The position numbers and the translations under genes were made by a program. Source: Candidatus Pelagibacterales bacterium (GTDB taxonomy: Bacteria; Pseudomonadota; Alphaproteobacteria; Pelagibacterales; AG-422-B15). From it: a stretch of 64,000 bases of DNA. Where the stretch lies: assembly GCA_028412835.1 (NCBI GenBank), contig JAONQW010000001.1, forward strand, positions 11,617 through 75,616, written 5' to 3'. A model generated the notes under the pieces. That model saw nothing but the letters and a program-made list of their open reading frames with translations, was not told the DNA's origin and made no database searches. Below, piece after piece: positions 59,357-64,000 of the stretch. Numbering within the stretch: position 1 is the stretch's first letter; each line of letters begins with the position of its first letter.

Positions 59357-61719
59357 TGTCTTCACCTCAAATTAAACATGAAGAGGCATCTTTAGTTATT
59401 AATAAAGATGATAATTTTGAATATCAGCACACTATCGATTATTTGGGTGAGAACGGATATATAAGAGTTAGTAATGTAAGAGAGACGGGGGAGTTTTCAG
59501 TAAAAGGAGATGTTATAGATATATTTCCTAGTGGTTATGATAATCCAGTAAGAGTTGATACGTTTGGTAATGAAATTGAAAAACTACAAATATTTAATCT
59601 TAAAGACCAAAAACCAATTGATGATATTAAGCGACTAATCGTATATCCCTTTAATGAGTTTTTATTTAATCAAAATAATAGAAAGATAAGTGCAGACAGT
59701 TTTTTAACTGATCTAAGTACTTATGATTTAAATGACTTAATTGTTCATGTTGATCATGGAATTGGAAGATTTAAGGGTTTGCAAACTATTCCTGTATTAG
59801 GTTCAAACCATGAATGTGTAGAAATACATTACTCTAATGATGATAAACTTTTTATACCTGTTGAGAATATTGAACTACTAAGTAAATATGGTGGTAAAAA
59901 TGATTATATTGTTCTTGATAGGCTAGGTGCCACCCAATGGCAATATAGAAAAGCCGTAGCTAAAAATAAGATTAAGGAAATGGCAGCCGAGTTAATTAAG
60001 ACTGCAGCATCTAGAACTCTTGAAACAGCACCTAAATTTTTTACTCAAGAACCATATTACTCAAATTTTAATGCTGAGTTTCCATTTGATGAAACGGAAG
60101 ATCAGATAAAAGCGATTGCCGAAATTCACGATGATTTAGTTAAAGGCACCCCTATGGATAGGCTTATTTGTGGTGATGTTGGTTATGGTAAAACTGAAGT
60201 TGCTATTAGGGCTGCATTTACTGTAGCTTTGAGTGGTCATCAAGTAGCAATTCTGGTGCCAACGACACTATTATGTCGACAACATCATGAAAATCTTACT
60301 AAACGATTTTCTAAATCTCCTATTAAAGTTGCGCAGCTATCTAGACTAGTATCACCCAGTGAAGCTAACGAAACTATTGATAAAGTTTCAAAAGGAGAGG
60401 TGGATATTCTTATTGGAACTCATGCTATATTAAGTGATAAAATTAATTTTAAAAAACTAGGGCTTTTAATAATTGATGAAGAACAACATTTTGGTGTTAA
60501 GCAAAAAGAAAAATTAAAAACACTCCGAACAGACGTTCATATTTTGTCATTAACTGCAACACCCATTCCTAGGACATTACAGATGTCATTGGTAGGTTTA
60601 AGAGAACTTTCTATAATTTCAACTGCACCAGTCAATAGACAGTCTATAAAAACAAAAGTAGTCAACTTTGATAGCAAAATAATTAAAGATGCTATTAAAA
60701 ATGAAATTAGTAGAAATGGTCAATTATATTATGTTTGTCCAAGAGTTAAGCAGATTGAAGAAGTTGAAGAGTTTTTAAAAGAAGAAATGCCTGAAGTTTC
60801 ATATAAAGTGGCACACGGTCAAATGCCAGCTAAAGGACTTGAATCAGTAATGGTTGATTTTTACAATCATGAATTTTCAATTTTATTATGTACAACTATC
60901 GTTGAGTCTGGGCTTGATTTAAGAAATACAAATACAATGATTATTCACAACTCAGATAATTTTGGTCTATCCCAATTATACCAACTTAGAGGTCGAATTG
61001 GACGATCAAATACTGAGGCATTTTGTTATTATACCATCAAAGATTTTGATGGACTAACTGATCAAGCTAAACAAAGATTAAAATTACTGCAAAAATTAGA
61101 TAGTTTAGGATCAGGATTTAACCTCGCTAGTCATGATTTGGATATTCGGGGGTCAGGTAATATTCTAGGTGATGATCAATCTGGCCATATTAGAGAAATT
61201 GGTCTTGAACTTTATCACCGTCTCTTAAAAGAAAAGATACAAGAGTTACAAGATGATGGTGAATCACAACAATCTGAATGGTCTCCACAAATAAATCTTG
61301 GAATTGGAGTGCTTATACCAACAAATTATATAGGTAGTTTAAATACTAGATTAAGTTTCTATCGTAAGTTAGCGTATTTAAACGATAAAAAAAAGATTAC
61401 TGATATTAAGGACGAAATGATTGTTACTTTTGGCGATTTACCAAAAGAAGTTGAGAATTTATTTACAGTAACTGAGCTTCGGTCCTTATGTAAAAAAGCC
61501 AACATAGAAAAAGTTGAATTAGGACAAAAGGGGGGTTCAATTAAGTTCAAAGGCAATAAATTTAGTAATCCTGATGGCTTAGTTAGCTTAATTCAATCAA
61601 ACCATAAAAACGTAAAACTACGACCAGATCAAAGTTTAATATATATGTTTGATATTCCTCGTAAGGATCATAATATCGAGAGAATAATTAATTTAGTTAA
61701 AGAAATATCTGAACTTTAA
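59356..61719 (+). CDS. mfd: transcription-repair coupling factor Mfd, N-terminally reduced form
   Basis: 787 aa. It has a UvrB-like GEFSVKGDVIDIFP..RVDTFGNEIE segment and an RNAP-interaction-type HVDHGIGRFKG. Helicase motifs are GDVGYGKTEVA, DEEQHFG and RGRIGRS, and there is a C-terminal TRLSFYRKLA region. The start overlaps the sdhE stop. Confidence 0.9.
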   Translation: MSSPQIKHEEASLVINKDDNFEYQHTIDYLGENGYIRVSNVRETGEFSVKGDVIDIFPSGYDNPVRVDTFGNEIEKLQIFNLKDQKPIDDIKRLIVYPFNEFLFNQNNRKISADSFLTDLSTYDLNDLIVHVDHGIGRFKGLQTIPVLGSNHECVEIHYSNDDKLFIPVENIELLSKYGGKNDYIVLDRLGATQWQYRKAVAKNKIKEMAAELIKTAASRTLETAPKFFTQEPYYSNFNAEFPFDETEDQIKAIAEIHDDLVKGTPMDRLICGDVGYGKTEVAIRAAFTVALSGHQVAILVPTTLLCRQHHENLTKRFSKSPIKVAQLSRLVSPSEANETIDKVSKGEVDILIGTHAILSDKINFKKLGLLIIDEEQHFGVKQKEKLKTLRTDVHILSLTATPIPRTLQMSLVGLRELSIISTAPVNRQSIKTKVVNFDSKIIKDAIKNEISRNGQLYYVCPRVKQIEEVEEFLKEEMPEVSYKVAHGQMPAKGLESVMVDFYNHEFSILLCTTIVESGLDLRNTNTMIIHNSDNFGLSQLYQLRGRIGRSNTEAFCYYTIKDFDGLTDQAKQRLKLLQKLDSLGSGFNLASHDLDIRGSGNILGDDQSGHIREIGLELYHRLLKEKIQELQDDGESQQSEWSPQINLGIGVLIPTNYIGSLNTRLSFYRKLAYLNDKKKITDIKDEMIVTFGDLPKEVENLFTVTELRSLCKKANIEKVELGQKGGSIKFKGNKFSNPDGLVSLIQSNHKNVKLRPDQSLIYMFDIPRKDHNIERIINLVKEISEL

Positions 61720-61723
61720 TTCT

Positions 61724-62863
61724 ATGGGCCCATTAACAGGATATAAAATTATTGAAGTTTCTGGAATTGGTCCAGGTCCACTCGCCGGTATGCTTCTTGC
61801 TGATTTAGGCGCTGAAGTAATTAGGATTGATAGGTTTGAAACAGATATTCCTGGTCCACCCTCTAAACTCGATATTACTGGTAGAAATAAAAAATCGATA
61901 AGACTGAATTTGAAAAGTGGTAAAGGTAAAGATATTTTTTTTAAATTATTAGACGATGCTGATGCCTTAATTGAAGGTTTTAGACCTGGAGTTATGGAAA
62001 AACTAGGTATTGGTCCAGCTGAATGTTTGAAAAGAAATTCTAAATTAATTTTTGGAAGAATTACTGGATGGGGTCAAGAAGGACCATTGGCAAAAACTGC
62101 AGGGCATGACATTAATTATATTTCACTTATTGGTGCACTTAATGCAATAGGTGGTAAAGATAACAAGCCTACAATTCCATTAAATCTGGTTGGTGATTAT
62201 GCTGGTGGCACCATGTTTTTAGTATTGGGCATTTGTAGTGGGCTTTTGTCAGTCCAAAAAACAAATAAAGGTCAGATTGTAGATGCTGCAATGATAGATG
62301 GCGTTTCTAGTTTAATGACTATATTTAATATTCTTTCTCAATCTGGAATGTGGGATCTAGAAAAAAGAGAAAGTAATCTTTTTGATGGGGGTACACATTT
62401 TTATAACACATATGAGACAAGTGATAATAAATTTATATCCATTGGATCTTTAGAGGCAAAATTTTATAAAGAACTTTTGGAAAAATTAGAAATCAAAGAT
62501 ATTCAATTCAATAAACAAATGAGTAAAGATGATTGGCCTGAATTAACAGCAAAATTTTCACAAATATTTAAAACTAAAACTCAAGAAGAATGGAATATTA
62601 TATTTGAAGGTAGCGATGCATGTTATTCGCCTGTTTTGTCATTAGTAGAAGCCCAAAAACACCCACATATAGTAGAAAGAAATAACTTCATTAATGTAGA
62701 CGGAGTGACACAACCTGCACCTGCACCTAGATTTAGTGAAACTAAAACAGGCACACCAAATCCAGCACCACAAGTTGGCCAGGATAATAATGAAATATTA
62801 TTTAATCTTGGTTATAATGACGATGATATTAATGAATTTATAAATAATGGAATAGTAAAATAA
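61724..62863 (+). CDS. family III CoA-transferase (CaiB/BaiF; alpha-methylacyl-CoA racemase-like)
   Basis: 379 aa. The N-terminus is GPLTGYKIIEVSGIGPGPLAGMLLADLGAEVIRIDR, and GHDINYI is present. Confidence 0.88.
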   Translation: MGPLTGYKIIEVSGIGPGPLAGMLLADLGAEVIRIDRFETDIPGPPSKLDITGRNKKSIRLNLKSGKGKDIFFKLLDDADALIEGFRPGVMEKLGIGPAECLKRNSKLIFGRITGWGQEGPLAKTAGHDINYISLIGALNAIGGKDNKPTIPLNLVGDYAGGTMFLVLGICSGLLSVQKTNKGQIVDAAMIDGVSSLMTIFNILSQSGMWDLEKRESNLFDGGTHFYNTYETSDNKFISIGSLEAKFYKELLEKLEIKDIQFNKQMSKDDWPELTAKFSQIFKTKTQEEWNIIFEGSDACYSPVLSLVEAQKHPHIVERNNFINVDGVTQPAPAPRFSETKTGTPNPAPQVGQDNNEILFNLGYNDDDINEFINNGIVK

Positions 62864-62864
62864 A

Positions 62865-63350
62865 ATGCCAACATTTGATATAGTAAGTAAAATTGATATG
62901 CAAGAAGTGACAAATGCTGTTGCAAACTCAATGAAGGAAATAACTCAGCGATATGATTTTAAAGGATCTAAATCTAACTTAGATTTAAAAGAAAAATCAA
63001 TTGTTCTAGAAACAGAAGATGAATTAAAAGCTAAACAGGTAAATGAGATTTTAATAGGTCATTTTGTAAAAAGGAATATTGATCCAAGTGTTCTAAATCT
63101 TAAAAGTACAGAGAAAGCTTCTGGTAATACTATTAGGCAAACATATGAACTGATGGAAGGTATTGATCAAGCTGCATCAAAAAAAATAATTGCTGAAGTT
63201 AAATCTTCTAAAATGAAGGTTCAAGTAAAAATACAAGGTAATGAATTAAGGGTAAGTGGTGCAAAAAGAGACGATCTTCAGAAAACAATGGATATAGTAA
63301 AGGGTATTAGTTTGGAAATGCCAGTCCAGTTTGTTAACTTAAGGGACTAA
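62865..63350 (+). CDS. yajQ: YajQ-family nucleotide-binding protein
   Basis: 161 aa with MPTFDIVSKIDMQEVTNAV at the N-terminus. Typical UPF0234/YajQ. Confidence 0.9.
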   Translation: MPTFDIVSKIDMQEVTNAVANSMKEITQRYDFKGSKSNLDLKEKSIVLETEDELKAKQVNEILIGHFVKRNIDPSVLNLKSTEKASGNTIRQTYELMEGIDQAASKKIIAEVKSSKMKVQVKIQGNELRVSGAKRDDLQKTMDIVKGISLEMPVQFVNLRD

Positions 63351-63356
63351 TCTATA

Positions 63357-63372
63357 AAGAATACTTATTCTT
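63357..63372 (+). terminator. short AT-rich hairpin after yajQ (weak terminator candidate)
   Basis: AAGAATA-ct-TATTCTT followed by ATTTTTTA. It overlaps the stop of the convergent SDR gene. Confidence 0.3.
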
Positions 63373-64000
63373 ATTTTTTAATGATATTCATTTGCTTAGC
63401 TATCATTTTATCACTAGTGCGCTTTGGTAATAATGATAGAAATGCGTTTTGAAACCATTGTACGTCTATACGATATCGTGTTTTACTTTTTGAATCTGTA
63501 AGGATTGATAAAATACGATTTGCTACTACCTCTGAAGAAACTCCTTTTTTTTCTAGCGCTTCAGCAAACCTTATCATTTTAGATGAAACTTTACGGTATG
63601 CAGAGTTATCGTATCGTTTAACCATACTCACTTTATCTACCTTAGACCAAATTGGAGTTTGAATAGGGCCAGGTGCAACTACAACAACATCTATACCAAA
63701 GATCATCAGCTCCCTGCGCAATGCTTCAGAAAAACCTTCTAGACCAAATTTACTCATATTATATGCAGCCATAAAAGGCATTGCTAATTCACCTGAAATA
63801 GAGCTTATATTTATTATTTTACCAGGTGTACCATGTCGATCTTTATCAGCGCCAAGTAAATCCATATAAGCTTGCGTGCAATGAAAAACACCAAGCAGAT
63901 TTACATCAAACTGATGCTTAAATTCTTCAGCAGTCAAATTTTGAACTGCTCCAAAAACAGCAATTCCAGCATTATTAATTAATCCAGCTAATTTTTGATC
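63371..64000 (-). CDS. short-chain dehydrogenase/reductase, 5' end outside window
   Basis: The reading frame stays open to the window edge (..LINNAGIAVFGAVQNLTAEEF..). Contains NISS and YNMSK catalytic motifs. Confidence 0.85.
   Translation of the reverse strand, partial: DQKLAGLINNAGIAVFGAVQNLTAEEFKHQFDVNLLGVFHCTQAYMDLLGADKDRHGTPGKIINISSISGELAMPFMAAYNMSKFGLEGFSEALRRELMIFGIDVVVVAPGPIQTPIWSKVDKVSMVKRYDNSAYRKVSSKMIRFAEALEKKGVSSEVVANRILSILTDSKSKTRYRIDVQWFQNAFLSLLPKRTSDKMIAKQMNIIKK

Overview
The window is a very AT-rich, tightly packed bacterial chromosome segment. Spacers are mostly under 100 nt, with many 1-14 nt gene overlaps. Protein content is alphaproteobacterial, and a streamlined marine Pelagibacterales (SAR11)-like genome is my inference, not a demonstrated assignment. 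About 70 CDSs are supportable. I saw no rRNA, tRNA, CRISPR array, transposase or integrase. Housekeeping genes: yajC(partial)-secD-secF, uvrA, ssb, gyrA, coaD, a cyclophilin, queA-tgt, parE, typA, recG, sdhE-mfd and yajQ. Nitrogen block: glnB-glnII-glnA. Acyl-CoA and terpenoid/leucine-type catabolism genes: crotonases, an aldehyde dehydrogenase, a carboxyltransferase, an acyl-CoA dehydrogenase, an AtuA-like protein, a TIGR03084-like protein and a CoA-transferase. The stretch from about 37 to 55 kb is accessory-looking. It holds detoxification and membrane genes: an HLD-I haloalkane dehalogenase, a Nu-class GST, two MAPEG genes, an Mpo1-like protein, a Met-rich membrane protein, metal/anion permease candidates and several uncharacterised membrane paralog sets. 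Most noteworthy observations: (1) a self-contained SD-ORF-terminator minigene, or a structured RNA, at 51.9-52.1 kb; (2) a PII protein with His instead of the uridylylatable Tyr51, in a glnB-glnII-glnA array; (3) a divergent PiT/PHO4-like membrane protein co-oriented with a CDKN3/KAP-like phosphatase; (4) a 4-TM module present three times (a fused pair plus a single copy) next to a possible winged-helix gene; (5) a 787-aa miniaturised Mfd. All family calls rest on motifs read by eye and on remembered reference sequences. None was verified by a database search.
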